A DNA stretch of 64,000 bases from a virus. Positions within the stretch are counted from its first letter, which is position 1. Each line of letters opens with the position of its first letter. The translations under genes were made by a program, and so were the position numbers. Positions 22,691 to 33,134 of the stretch are shown here, in pieces. The notes under the pieces were generated by a model. The model had not been told where the DNA came from. It made no database searches and worked only from the letters and a program-made list of their open reading frames with translations. The stretch spans positions 1 to 64,000 of the IMG/VR virus record IMGVR_UViG_3300045988_160113; one strand, 5' to 3'.

Positions 22691-23149
22691 ATGGCTACTA
22701 AACTTCAAACAGTATTTGATGCTTTTCTGGCTAAAATGCTAGAAGATGATTGGACTGGCTGGAGTGAAGAAGAAGTCGCTAGAGATTTAGTTGAAATTTT
22801 GAATGGAGCGATTCCATATTTTAAGTTTCCTAAAAAAAGCTTGGAATTCAAAGTAAATTTTGATGAAGATGGTAACTTTATTGATGGCGATTTTGATGAA
22901 GACCTAAATAATCATGAAATTCAAATTTTAGCTACTTATATGAAAGTAGAGTGGTTAAATAGAACGATTCTTACTTGGGAAAATGTAAAGCCTCTTTATT
23001 ATGAAAAGGATTTTTCTCAAGCAAACTTAATTGATAAGTTTAAGCAACTTCTTGAAAGAGAAGAGAAGAAAGCTCTTAGATTAGAAAGTATTTACTATCG
23101 TTCAATAGATAGAAAACCTTTCGATTATGGGAGGTTGGCAGAAAATTGA
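22691..23149 (+). CDS. head-tail connector/adaptor candidate
   Basis: 152-aa ORF. Call is from position only. Confidence 0.45.
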   Translation: MATKLQTVFDAFLAKMLEDDWTGWSEEEVARDLVEILNGAIPYFKFPKKSLEFKVNFDEDGNFIDGDFDEDLNNHEIQILATYMKVEWLNRTILTWENVKPLYYEKDFSQANLIDKFKQLLEREEKKALRLESIYYRSIDRKPFDYGRLAEN

Positions 23150-23403
23150 AAAATGAAGTATATACTGGTTATTTGAATAAACTAAAAAATAAAATTTATG
23201 GTTTGCTCTGTGAGCAAGAAAAAAATGGAGAATGGGAAAAATTTTTAGATTCAATTATTTGCGAACTTATTGGATTTGATGAATCCCAAAAAACCATAAA
23301 TTATTATATTCTTCTCTCTAAACTTAGCAGTTTACGTTTTTTGAGATATGAGTATTTCAGAAAGACTATATTTGAATGTATAGGTTTGATTGATAAAATA
23401 TGA
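23146..23403 (+). CDS. hypothetical protein (85 aa)
   Basis: ORF with a 4-nt overlap on both neighbours. Confidence 0.5.
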   Translation: MKNEVYTGYLNKLKNKIYGLLCEQEKNGEWEKFLDSIICELIGFDESQKTINYYILLSKLSSLRFLRYEYFRKTIFECIGLIDKI

Positions 23404-24062
23404 AATATTTTGATATCTATCAAAAGCGTTTAAACCGCTATGGTAATAATATTCAAGAAAGAACTAAGAATCAAAGAATTTTATTTTTTGATAGGTATAA
23501 AGCTCAGTCAGTTTATCAAATTCCTTTCAAAGAAGATACCGCGGTATTCGAACCATATAAACAAAATGAGTCTAAAGATTTACATTATTTACTAACAAAT
23601 TTAAATATAGAACTAAAGAGTGGTGAATATTATAATCTAAAAGATTCTGAAGGCAATAATTTAGGCGATTGGATGGTCTTTTATCTTGATGAAAATCATA
23701 GTCGAGGATATAATAAATATATTATGTTAAGACTTACTCATAAGGTTTCGGTGAATGGAAAGGGAGACTTTCTTGCTTATTACTATGGACCGATGGAAAG
23801 AACTATTCAAGATTTGATTGCAAGTAAAAAAGCAGATATCTTATATGAAGATAAAGATAAAGATGCTCATATAATTATGCCTAAATTAGATGTAAAGAAA
23901 GATGATTATATTATTATAAATGGAATGGAAGATGAACCTTATTTAGTAACTGGATTTGATAAAACTTCTATTCCTGGAGTAATTTATATTTCCCTAAATG
24001 AAACTTTGGTTAGAGAAAAACAGAAAATAGATTCTGAAGAAACTAGTCAAATTTGGATTTAG
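23400..24062 (+). CDS. head-closure or tail-completion candidate
   Basis: 220-aa ORF. Call is from position only. Confidence 0.45.
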   Translation: MKYFDIYQKRLNRYGNNIQERTKNQRILFFDRYKAQSVYQIPFKEDTAVFEPYKQNESKDLHYLLTNLNIELKSGEYYNLKDSEGNNLGDWMVFYLDENHSRGYNKYIMLRLTHKVSVNGKGDFLAYYYGPMERTIQDLIASKKADILYEDKDKDAHIIMPKLDVKKDDYIIINGMEDEPYLVTGFDKTSIPGVIYISLNETLVREKQKIDSEETSQIWI

Positions 24063-24076
24063 GAGGGTGATAATTT

Positions 24077-24556
24077 ATGGGTGTAAAAAATTGTGAAGAG
24101 TTTGGAGCTATACTTCAAGCAATAGCTCAAAGGCTAAATAACAATGATAATTTATGTAAATTATTAACTAATGTAAATGACGCTCCAATAGACCTTCCGC
24201 GCGCAGAAGGAACCTTTGGAAAGAATATTAGAATAATTCCAAAAGTTACTGGAAAAGAGGAAGAAAGTATTATTGTTCTTATGTTTAAGCGCGCAAATCA
24301 TAATACAAAAAATGATGATTTTTCTGACCTTCAATTACTTGTTTATGTTTATACCCCTTTGACTCAATGGAATATTAAAATCAATGATAAACCTAATCTT
24401 CGTCCATTCAGTATAATTGGTGAGATTCAGAAAACCCTTTATAAGAAAACTATAAATGGTATTGGAGTTATTACTGGTGGAGATTTTAATTTGGATGCAC
24501 TCACGTCAGAAATGAGTTGTTACTGCGTAGAGTTTTATATAGATGTATTTACCTAA
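24077..24556 (+). CDS. tail-completion/terminator candidate
   Basis: 159-aa ORF with RBS AGGAGGG. Call is from position only. Confidence 0.45.
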   Translation: MGVKNCEEFGAILQAIAQRLNNNDNLCKLLTNVNDAPIDLPRAEGTFGKNIRIIPKVTGKEEESIIVLMFKRANHNTKNDDFSDLQLLVYVYTPLTQWNIKINDKPNLRPFSIIGEIQKTLYKKTINGIGVITGGDFNLDALTSEMSCYCVEFYIDVFT

Positions 24557-25262
24557 AGAAAAAATTAGTCTTGGCTATTCTTGTGAATTTGAGGAAGTAT
24601 GTTTTTTATACCCACCTTTAATTGGAGATATTGTAAAAGTTGGTTATGATAATTTTTTACAATACTATGGTTTGCTCACAATCACACAAGAACAAATTCA
24701 AGACAAATTTGTAAAAAATAATATTGATGATGAAATACCAACTCCTCTTCAATATTTATTTATGTTATCTCAATTGCCTGGATATAATAAAATAGTAGAA
24801 AAAGCATTTAAATTCTTTTTACATGATACAGTTCTTTTTCTTTCAAACTCGTATGAAATTGTTGTAGGAGATATAAGAGAAAAGCACTTATTATCTGAAG
24901 ATAATTTTGAAGATTTTCAAAATTGTATCAGAGAATTAGTAGGTGACGAACCTATTGAAAAAATAGAAGAAAATATTGATCCACGACTTGCGCGAATGCG
25001 AGCCAAACAACGCTTGCGTGATCAAATAAAAAATAAACAAGCGCAAGAAAAAATTAAATATACTTTTTCTACTTTGATGTTATCTACTTGTTGCCTTGGA
25101 GTTGGGGTAACATTTGAAAATATAGAAAAACTTCCTTATGCGACAATGCTGAAATTTCATAAGCTTTGTGCTGATAAGGATAAATATGAAACTGATATAG
25201 CTAGTATGATTGCTGGCGCAGATAGCAAACAAATAAACCTAGAATACTGGGTAAAAGACTAA
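24543..25262 (+). CDS. hypothetical tail-module protein
   Basis: 239-aa ORF overlapping the upstream gene by 14 nt. Confidence 0.45.
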   Translation: MYLPKEKISLGYSCEFEEVCFLYPPLIGDIVKVGYDNFLQYYGLLTITQEQIQDKFVKNNIDDEIPTPLQYLFMLSQLPGYNKIVEKAFKFFLHDTVLFLSNSYEIVVGDIREKHLLSEDNFEDFQNCIRELVGDEPIEKIEENIDPRLARMRAKQRLRDQIKNKQAQEKIKYTFSTLMLSTCCLGVGVTFENIEKLPYATMLKFHKLCADKDKYETDIASMIAGADSKQINLEYWVKD

Positions 25263-25277
25263 ATAGGAGGTTTTAAA

Positions 25278-26066
25278 ATGGCTAGTATTTTTGACCGCTA
25301 TGGTATTAAGGAAGTAGCTGACGTTACTTTCTACAAAATTGAGAGCGATGGCTCCAGAGGTATGCCCGTTCTCTATCTTGATACGCTAAAGGTTTCTACC
25401 GTCGAACAGACTGCAAGTTCCGCTGATGCCCGTGGTGGTAAGGGTAACCCCAAACTTGTTTCTTGGGATTTTGGTAAGGAAATCAATGTTACTCTAACTG
25501 ATGCACTATTCAGCCCCGCTTCTATGGCACTTATGTTTGGTGATAAAGATGGTGTTGGCACTGAAAATACAGAGAAGATTACTAAAGTTGCTATGACTCG
25601 TATTCTTAAAACTGCCGCAGATTCTACCATTGAAATGGATACTGCGAAAGGTCGTGAAACTGTAAAAGTTTTGGCTGGTGGTGAGGGTGCTGCTGCTTAT
25701 AATACCGGTATCACTAAAGTTACTGATGCTGATGGTGTAGAAGTTCCTGCCGCTGATTTTGGTTCTAAAACTGCTGGAGACAAATTTTTTGTTCATTATG
25801 AAGTTACCCCCACATCTAAGAAAGTAATTGATATCAATGCAGATACTTTCCCTGGTACTTATTACATTACTGGTGATACTTTCTGCCGTTCTGATGTTAC
25901 TGGTGAGGATGACTTCTTCCAGTTTATTATTCCAAAGGCTAAGATGAGTTCTGAGAATACTATTACTCTTGAGGCTGAGGGCGATCCTTCTGTCTTCAAT
26001 CTGAATCTTACTGTTCTTCGTCCCGAATCTGGCCCAATGATGCAGTTGGTTCAGTATAATCTATAA
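25278..26066 (+). CDS. major tail (tube) protein
   Basis: 262 aa with RBS AGGAGG. Biased codon usage suggests high expression. Followed by a terminator. Paralogous to the 26130-26915 product. Confidence 0.6.
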   Translation: MASIFDRYGIKEVADVTFYKIESDGSRGMPVLYLDTLKVSTVEQTASSADARGGKGNPKLVSWDFGKEINVTLTDALFSPASMALMFGDKDGVGTENTEKITKVAMTRILKTAADSTIEMDTAKGRETVKVLAGGEGAAAYNTGITKVTDADGVEVPAADFGSKTAGDKFFVHYEVTPTSKKVIDINADTFPGTYYITGDTFCRSDVTGEDDFFQFIIPKAKMSSENTITLEAEGDPSVFNLNLTVLRPESGPMMQLVQYNL

Positions 26067-26084
26067 AAACTAAATAACTTAAAG

Positions 26085-26110
26085 GAGGGTGGCGGTGCTA
26101 CCCTCTTTTT
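26085..26110 (+). terminator. rho-independent terminator after the tube gene
   Basis: GAGGGT-GGCGGTGCT-ACCCTC followed by TTTTT. Confidence 0.65.
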
Positions 26111-26129
26111 GATATAAGGAGAAATTCAA

Positions 26130-26915
26130 ATGGAACAATCTTTTGGAACGAAAGGTTTATACTCCGTAGTTTTAAAAACTACTTATGATATAGAGGATTT
26201 AGGAGTTGAAGAAGGAGAAGTTGTTGCTAGTTTTGATGACATTCAAATTGGCGGTCTTGATGAATTGCGTAGAATTGTTACTGCGCGCGGAGGTTATGGA
26301 AATCCAGGATGGGTAACTTGGGATATTACAAAAGAATTGAATTTGAATTTTTCCCAAGGAACTTTTTCTAAAAAACAGCTTCAAATTTTACTAAATTCTA
26401 AAAATGGGAAAATTGAAAATGAAGAAGGTTTAACAATTACAAAAGAAGAAAAACCTTCTGTGGTAAATGGAAAGATAAATCTAACTGAGCAACCAGTGGG
26501 AAAAGTTTTTATTTACTTTGAAGATGGTTCTAAGCAAGTTGATATTTCAAAGCAAAAAGAAATTGAAGTGAATAAAAAAGTTGAATTAGTTAGATATGAA
26601 TATATTTATTCTAAACCGAGTGAAATTATTTCGGTTGGTGATAGGCTTATAAAAGGGTATCTATCTCTTGAAGGCCGCATGAGATTAAAGGACGATGAGA
26701 CGGGACATACAATAACTGGAATTATTAAGATTCCAAAACTAAAACTAATGTCTGGCTTATCTATGAGACTGGGAAGGAATTCTATTCCTTTTGTTGCTGA
26801 TTTTACTGCGGTCGCTTATCCTGTAGGAGGCCGTGGTACTCAAAAGGTTTGCGATTTTTATATTCTTCCTGATGATATAGATAATAATGATATAATGATT
26901 GAATCGTTAAGATGA
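26130..26915 (+). CDS. tail tube protein paralog
   Basis: 261 aa. ARGGYGNPGWVTWDITKELNL aligns with ARGGKGNPKLVSWDFGKEINV of the 25278-26066 product, and IKIPKLKLMS aligns with FIIPKAKMSS. Confidence 0.55.
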   Translation: MEQSFGTKGLYSVVLKTTYDIEDLGVEEGEVVASFDDIQIGGLDELRRIVTARGGYGNPGWVTWDITKELNLNFSQGTFSKKQLQILLNSKNGKIENEEGLTITKEEKPSVVNGKINLTEQPVGKVFIYFEDGSKQVDISKQKEIEVNKKVELVRYEYIYSKPSEIISVGDRLIKGYLSLEGRMRLKDDETGHTITGIIKIPKLKLMSGLSMRLGRNSIPFVADFTAVAYPVGGRGTQKVCDFYILPDDIDNNDIMIESLR

Positions 26916-26925
26916 AATTATATTA

Positions 26926-26960
26926 GTCAGCATTAGTAAAATAATGCTGACTTTTATTTT
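26926..26960 (+). terminator. rho-independent terminator between the tube paralog and the tape measure gene
   Basis: GTCAGCATT-AGTAAAAT-AATGCTGAC followed by TTTTATTTT. Confidence 0.65.
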
Positions 26961-26973
26961 GGTAGGTGATATA

Positions 26974-29900
26974 ATGGCTGATGTAATAAAAGGTAATTTG
27001 GTAATTAATACCAAAATGTCCGTTGAAGATGCTAAAAGGCAACTTGACGATTTGCAAAAACAACTCAATAAATTAAGTATTCCAGAAAATCTTAGTGAAA
27101 AACTAAGTTCTAATTTTATTTCTTTAGGAAAAGAATTAGATACTTTACAGAAAAAATTGAATACTTCTTTTAAAACAAAAGGAGATATAAGTAGTTTTTC
27201 AAAAACAGCCCAAAATATACAGAATTTATATAATAATCTTGCTAATACTATTGGTAAAGTAAGAGATTTGGGTAGTAAAGCTTTTGCTAATATTGATATG
27301 CCTGAAGTTAATATTGCAAAAGAAAAAGTAAAAGCTTTAGAAGAACAAATTAACAAAGTTACTGCAAGTTTCTTTAATATAGGAGAAATAAGAACTAAAC
27401 TTGATAGTGTTTCTGGTGCAACAGATAAACTAAAAGAAAAAGTTCAACAATTTTATCAAGCCATTGAGAGTGGAGATATCAGCAATATTGAAGATGCTCT
27501 TAAAGTGTTGGAAACTGCTCAAAATAGATATCAGAGTCGTTATAATGTAGATCAATCTAAATCTACTCTAAAACCTGGCGAATATGCTTATGTAGAAGTT
27601 TACAATAAAGCAAAAGCCGAAGTTGATTCTTATAAACAGTCTATCCAAGCTCTTGAGGCTGCTTTAGCAAGTGCGCGAGCAGAACAAGAAAATAAGTATA
27701 ACAAAGCTATTGAGCAAGGCGCAAGAAACTTAAAAAATGCCCAATCTTCCGTTAAAGATTATGGCGCCGCGATGCAGGAATCTAATGAAGATGTAAAAGA
27801 TACTGTTGACAATATGCTCAGAATGGATGAGCAAATTGATAGTGTTGCACGTAGAATTGCGAATTTTACTTCTCTTACTGGTACGATTGAAATCTTAAGA
27901 CGTACCATGCGCGATGCCTTTAATGATGTAAAAGAACTTGATGCGGCAATGAATTCCATTGCTATTGTTACTGATTTTACAAATCAGCAATTATGGAATC
28001 AAGTAGATGCCTATGCAAAACTTGCCCAAGAAATGGGTGTCGACCTTGTTGGTGTTTATGATGTTCAAAAATTGTATTACCAGCAAGGTAGAGACATGAC
28101 TGATGTAGCAGAGCTGACTGAAAAAACTTTGCAATTTGCCAGAATTGCAGAAATGGATTATGCTGATGCTACTGATGCAATGACAGTTGCTATCAATGCT
28201 TTTAAACTTGAAGCAACTGATGCTTCGCGCGTAGTTGATGTTTATTCTAATTTAGCTGCAAAAGCTGCGGTAGACCAAAGTGAACTTGCTAATGCTATGA
28301 GTAAGGTTGCTTCTATGGCTTCTAGTGTTGGTATGAGTTTAGAGACCACTTCTGCTTTCTTAACTCAGATTATTGAAACAACAAGAGAAGCCCCTGAAAC
28401 GGCTGGTACTGCTCTTAAAACAGTTCTTGCTCGTTTTGGTGAAGTAAAGAAGCTAATTAGTACAGGCGAAAATGCTGGCACTACTGATGAAGGAGAAAGT
28501 GTTGATGTAAATAAAATTGATACTGCTCTAAAATCAGTTGGTATTAGATTGACTGATACTCAGGGCCAAATGCGTGCGCTTGATGATGTTCTGTTAGATT
28601 TAGCTAAAAAGTGGAATTCTCTTGATTCCATGACACAACGTTATTTAGCAACTATGGCCGCCGGTTCAAGACAACAGAGCCGTTTTATTGCTTTAATGGC
28701 TGATAGTGAGCGTCTTACAAAATTACTTGGTGAGGCATATAATAGCGCGGGTGCTGGTGAAAAACAGTATGAAAAGACGCTTGAAAGTTTAGAAAGTAAA
28801 ATAAATAATTTAGAAACTGCTTGGACTCAATTTACAACAAGTATATTAAATAGTGAAATAATAAAAGGTGGAGTAGATTTACTTACTAAGTTACTAAATG
28901 GCGTAAATGCTTTGACGGATGCTTTTGGTCCCTTAAGTGGAACTATAAAAGCAGCAGCAGTTGGTTTTGGTTTATGGAAAGTAAATACTGCTTTATTGCC
29001 AAAAGTAACCAGTTCTATTAAGAATATTCTGCGTGAAATTCGTGGAGCAGAAACTGGAGCGGAAACCGGGGCTACTGCTAAGGATATAGCATTAGAAACA
29101 AAAAAAGGTACTCAGCTAGGCACAATTTTTGCTAAAGCCTATGCCGCTGCTAAGAGTTCTATTGAGAATGCTCATCAGAAAGAACAAGAAGCAAAAGATA
29201 TTCTAAATGCTCAAGTTCTAGGTACTGAAAAAGCTAAAGCAGAAATGACTAGCAAAAAAATGTATGAACTTGCGGCAACTACTCAAGGAATTGAGGATGC
29301 TAAATTACAAGCAACTGCTGAAGGCTTGATTTATGGTGAATGGAAGGCTAAATTTCAAGAAGCCATGGAAGCTTTTGAGTCTCTTTCTTCTGTAAAGAGG
29401 ATAACTGCCGCATTTGCTTATGGTAAAGCAACTGGTGAAAGTTGGGGTGCTGGTTTTTCTTCAGCATTGGCGGCTTTTAAAACTACAGATTTATTTACTA
29501 AAATTCTTTCCCCATTTGGTCCAGTTGTTATAGCAGCAATGACTTCTGCTGTAGTGGCTAGTATACCAGCAATTCTTAGTAATGCAGACAGTATTATATC
29601 TAATTATAAAATAAAGAAAAATAACCAAGCTAAAGCAGAGAATGAAGAGCTTATAAATCAATATGAAGCGGAAATTGCTTCTTTAGAAAATCAAGAAAAT
29701 CTTACCGTTGGAGATAAAAAAAGACTACAGTATCTAAAAGAACAGACAGAAGAACTTAAAAAACAAAATGATTCATTAAATAAACAAAATTTCGGAGAAG
29801 AAAAAAAGAAACGCGGGGAAAAAGAATACACTGTTTATGAAAAAGTAGAGTATACTCCTGCCGGAGGTAATGAACGTTCTTCTCATGCCGGAGAAACGAA

Positions 29901-32900
29901 AACTAAAACTGTTTCCAAGCAATTAGAAGGAGAAGACGCAGCATTAGACTATGCTTCTCAAAAAATAGATGAATATCAAGAAAAACTTGACAATTTAGGT
30001 AAGGGAGATTCTCGTTACGAAGGTTATAAAGGTACAATAGAATATTATAAAAATATTGCTCAAGATATCTTTGATTTTTATTCCGATAGTTTCGAAGAAA
30101 TTACCGATACTTCTGATTATGAAAAATTATTCAAAGCGGCTGATATTTTAGGTAAAGATACTTCAGTATTAGAATTATTTGACTCTGATACTTATGATAA
30201 AATTAAAGAGTTAAATGAACAAGGAGCTTTATCAGCAGAGAATTTAGCAGATTTAGCTAAAAAGAGTGATGTATTACGAATCTATCTTGATACAACAGGT
30301 AAAACGGTAGAAGATTTTGTAAAAGATTTGAAATCTCTTGAAGCTACTAATCCATTTTCTACTGATAAAATAACTGGTTATAAAAATGCCGCAGAAGAAA
30401 TCAAAAATATAAAGACCTCTGTAAGTGCTATTACTGATGCGGTTAGTAATCTTTATAAAGATGGATATGTTGATATTGAGAAATTATCTACAATAGTTAA
30501 TGATGATGCTTTCAATAAACTGCCTTCTTTTGAAAATTTCTTTGATATTTTGAGTAAGGCTGGTAAAGAAGATATTCCTCAAGTCACCTCAGCAATGGAA
30601 ATTCTCTTACAAGAGTATATGTCCTCTGAAACCGTACTGACTAGTTTAAATGAAACTACTGCCGGTTTATATGAAAATATGCTCAAAAACATGGGGGTCA
30701 CTAATGCCTCGGAAGTTATTGAGAATAAATTACAGCAAAGAAGAGCAGAAACTGCTGCTCAAACACTTACATTAGCTGAAATAAATAATTTACTTAGTGG
30801 AAGTAATAATAATTTAAGTTCTACTCTTGCGAATTTAGCTAATCAATATAATACTACTACACAGTATATCGCGGCTTATTTAATAAAGATGAAAATAGCT
30901 TCTGGTGCAAAAGTTAGCACTTCTGCTAGTCGCGCAGAACTTGAGAAGTTAGTAAAGTCTTTAGGTATTGCTTCTGACGCGCTTAGCGCTTATTATAATA
31001 TTATTGCTATCGCTGATAGTCAGCAAAGAAAGGCAACTTTAATTCGCACTGGAGCGATGGCTGGAACAGAAGCCGAAGCAAGACAATATATGCTCAACGC
31101 TAATGCTAACTATGAATCAGCAAAAAAAGTGTTGGCGAAAAAAGCAGATGAGATACTTAATACTACATCTAATATAACAATAGATACATCTAATTTCAAT
31201 ACTACCTCTTCAAAATCTTCTTCTCCTTCTAATACTGAAAAAGAAATTCAAAAACTTTCTGAACTTTATAACGCAAAAAAGAAACTTGCTGCAATAGATG
31301 AAAAAATCAATGACCTTGAAGAAAAAGACAATATCCTTCAAGATTATGATTCCATGCTTGCCAATGAGCGTCAACTTATTGCGGCTCAAAAAGAAAAGCA
31401 AGATGTTCTTCGTGAGTTAATTAACCAAAATGAAGTTCTTCGTAAGCAAAAACTTGCTGAAGCTACTTCTGCTTGGAAAAATTTCTATAATGTTGATGAA
31501 ACTACACATGAATTAGAACTAACTAAAACTTATTATGAAGCAATCAAAAAAGGTTCTAAAACTGCTGCGAAGTATAGTGCTGATACATTAAATAATTTCA
31601 AAAAATGGGCAGAAGAATATGAAGATATCGTAGAGTTTAGTCGTGAGCAAGAGAATTCAATCAATTCTATCAATTCTAAGCTTCTTGAAACTTGGTATAA
31701 TTATCGTAGTGATTATGTTGATTTAGTTAATCAACTTGCTGAACTTTATGAACAAGCTCAACAAAAGATTATTGATGACCAAAAAGATGCTTATGATAAG
31801 CTGAAAGAGCAAGACGATAATTATCTTGATGAACTTCGTAAAAACATTGATGCTCGACGCAAGGCGCGCGACCGCGAAAATGATGTTGAAGAGATAGTAA
31901 AGAAACAAAAGCGCTTAGCTATGCTTATGCGCGATAGTAGTGGTCGTAATGCTGGTGAGATTGCTGATTTACAAAAAGAAATCCAAAATGCGCAACAAGA
32001 TGTTATTGATGAAGACATTGATAGAGTTATTGACTCTATGGAAGAAGCCAATGATAAACAGCAAGAAAATTGGGATAATGTAATTGATAAATTACAAGAG
32101 CAATTAGATCAAGATAAGGAAAACGGTAAGTTTATTAGATTGGCTGAACAGAAATTTGAAGAAGGCCCGGAAGCTGTTATGAAACAGTTTGAGATTTTCT
32201 TTAGAACTGGGAATACTCCATATTCTCAAGCAGAAATTGACCAAAAACTGAAAGAAGTCCTTGATAAACTTGATAATGCTTTTGAATATTATAATGGTAA
32301 TAATCCAGCAGAAAATCCTGGTGGCACTGGTAATAAGAATTATACTCCTATAAAATATTTAGACCCTAATGGTAATGTACAGCAAGGTTATATTTCTTCT
32401 GAAGGTAAAACTTATAAAGATAGAGGACTTACTGAAAGAGTCGATGAGGGTAGTATCGTTCCTGATGCGGCAGGCAAACACGCTTGGAAACTAGTCGGAG
32501 ATAAGGGTGTTGATGTTACCAATCAACTCACTGATGCGCAAAAAAGAATGCTTGGCATTGGTACTGGTGGTCAAGGTACTTCAAGTAGTAATATTAATAC
32601 AAATACTACTACAAGTCGTGCTAAAGTTGCTAATACTGGTGGAAAGGGTGTAAATCTCAGAAGCGGCCCTGGTCAAAATTATAGAAAAGTTGGTGCTTAT
32701 TCTGATGGTACTACTGTTACAGTTCTTGATGAATCTAATAGTGCTTGGTGGAAAGTAAAAGTTGGTAATGCTACTGGCTATATGGCTTCTCAATATTTGA
32801 AGAAATATTTAAATGGTGGTTTAGTAGATTTTACTGGTCCTGCTTGGGTTGATGGTAGTAAATCTGCTCCTGAAGCTTTCCTTAATGCACAAGATACTCG

Positions 32901-33123
32901 TAATTTTGCTCAACTGAAAGATATCTTGGCTTCGCTTCTGCGCGCCGACCGTTTCAAAGCAAATGAAGTTACTACTGCGCGTGGAGGAGACTGTACTATT
33001 TATGTTACCGTTGACCAGATTGCTTCTGATTATGATGTTGATGAAGCAGTCGCGCGAATCAAGCAAGAAATTATGAGTGGTAGTGCTTATAGAAATATAA
33101 ATCTTGTGAATCGTCACAGATAA
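26974..33123 (+). CDS. tail tape measure protein with a C-terminal SH3b-like domain
   Basis: About 2050 aa, mostly coiled-coil. Start moved to the ATG at 26974 (RBS GGTAGGTG) because the ATG at 26944 lies inside the terminator stem. The SH3b-like segment is GGKGVNLRSGPGQNYRKVGAYSDGTTVTVLDESNSAWWKVKVGNATGYMASQYLK. Confidence 0.8.
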   Translation: MADVIKGNLVINTKMSVEDAKRQLDDLQKQLNKLSIPENLSEKLSSNFISLGKELDTLQKKLNTSFKTKGDISSFSKTAQNIQNLYNNLANTIGKVRDLGSKAFANIDMPEVNIAKEKVKALEEQINKVTASFFNIGEIRTKLDSVSGATDKLKEKVQQFYQAIESGDISNIEDALKVLETAQNRYQSRYNVDQSKSTLKPGEYAYVEVYNKAKAEVDSYKQSIQALEAALASARAEQENKYNKAIEQGARNLKNAQSSVKDYGAAMQESNEDVKDTVDNMLRMDEQIDSVARRIANFTSLTGTIEILRRTMRDAFNDVKELDAAMNSIAIVTDFTNQQLWNQVDAYAKLAQEMGVDLVGVYDVQKLYYQQGRDMTDVAELTEKTLQFARIAEMDYADATDAMTVAINAFKLEATDASRVVDVYSNLAAKAAVDQSELANAMSKVASMASSVGMSLETTSAFLTQIIETTREAPETAGTALKTVLARFGEVKKLISTGENAGTTDEGESVDVNKIDTALKSVGIRLTDTQGQMRALDDVLLDLAKKWNSLDSMTQRYLATMAAGSRQQSRFIALMADSERLTKLLGEAYNSAGAGEKQYEKTLESLESKINNLETAWTQFTTSILNSEIIKGGVDLLTKLLNGVNALTDAFGPLSGTIKAAAVGFGLWKVNTALLPKVTSSIKNILREIRGAETGAETGATAKDIALETKKGTQLGTIFAKAYAAAKSSIENAHQKEQEAKDILNAQVLGTEKAKAEMTSKKMYELAATTQGIEDAKLQATAEGLIYGEWKAKFQEAMEAFESLSSVKRITAAFAYGKATGESWGAGFSSALAAFKTTDLFTKILSPFGPVVIAAMTSAVVASIPAILSNADSIISNYKIKKNNQAKAENEELINQYEAEIASLENQENLTVGDKKRLQYLKEQTEELKKQNDSLNKQNFGEEKKKRGEKEYTVYEKVEYTPAGGNERSSHAGETKTKTVSKQLEGEDAALDYASQKIDEYQEKLDNLGKGDSRYEGYKGTIEYYKNIAQDIFDFYSDSFEEITDTSDYEKLFKAADILGKDTSVLELFDSDTYDKIKELNEQGALSAENLADLAKKSDVLRIYLDTTGKTVEDFVKDLKSLEATNPFSTDKITGYKNAAEEIKNIKTSVSAITDAVSNLYKDGYVDIEKLSTIVNDDAFNKLPSFENFFDILSKAGKEDIPQVTSAMEILLQEYMSSETVLTSLNETTAGLYENMLKNMGVTNASEVIENKLQQRRAETAAQTLTLAEINNLLSGSNNNLSSTLANLANQYNTTTQYIAAYLIKMKIASGAKVSTSASRAELEKLVKSLGIASDALSAYYNIIAIADSQQRKATLIRTGAMAGTEAEARQYMLNANANYESAKKVLAKKADEILNTTSNITIDTSNFNTTSSKSSSPSNTEKEIQKLSELYNAKKKLAAIDEKINDLEEKDNILQDYDSMLANERQLIAAQKEKQDVLRELINQNEVLRKQKLAEATSAWKNFYNVDETTHELELTKTYYEAIKKGSKTAAKYSADTLNNFKKWAEEYEDIVEFSREQENSINSINSKLLETWYNYRSDYVDLVNQLAELYEQAQQKIIDDQKDAYDKLKEQDDNYLDELRKNIDARRKARDRENDVEEIVKKQKRLAMLMRDSSGRNAGEIADLQKEIQNAQQDVIDEDIDRVIDSMEEANDKQQENWDNVIDKLQEQLDQDKENGKFIRLAEQKFEEGPEAVMKQFEIFFRTGNTPYSQAEIDQKLKEVLDKLDNAFEYYNGNNPAENPGGTGNKNYTPIKYLDPNGNVQQGYISSEGKTYKDRGLTERVDEGSIVPDAAGKHAWKLVGDKGVDVTNQLTDAQKRMLGIGTGGQGTSSSNINTNTTTSRAKVANTGGKGVNLRSGPGQNYRKVGAYSDGTTVTVLDESNSAWWKVKVGNATGYMASQYLKKYLNGGLVDFTGPAWVDGSKSAPEAFLNAQDTRNFAQLKDILASLLRADRFKANEVTTARGGDCTIYVTVDQIASDYDVDEAVARIKQEIMSGSAYRNINLVNRHR

Positions 33124-33134
33124 GGAGAATGAAA

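Noticed and set aside
26944-26973. The ORF-track start of the tape measure gene at 26944
   Set aside because: That ATG lies inside the 3' stem of the terminator hairpin at 26926-26951 and has no RBS. The ATG at 26974 follows GGTAGGTG at a normal distance.
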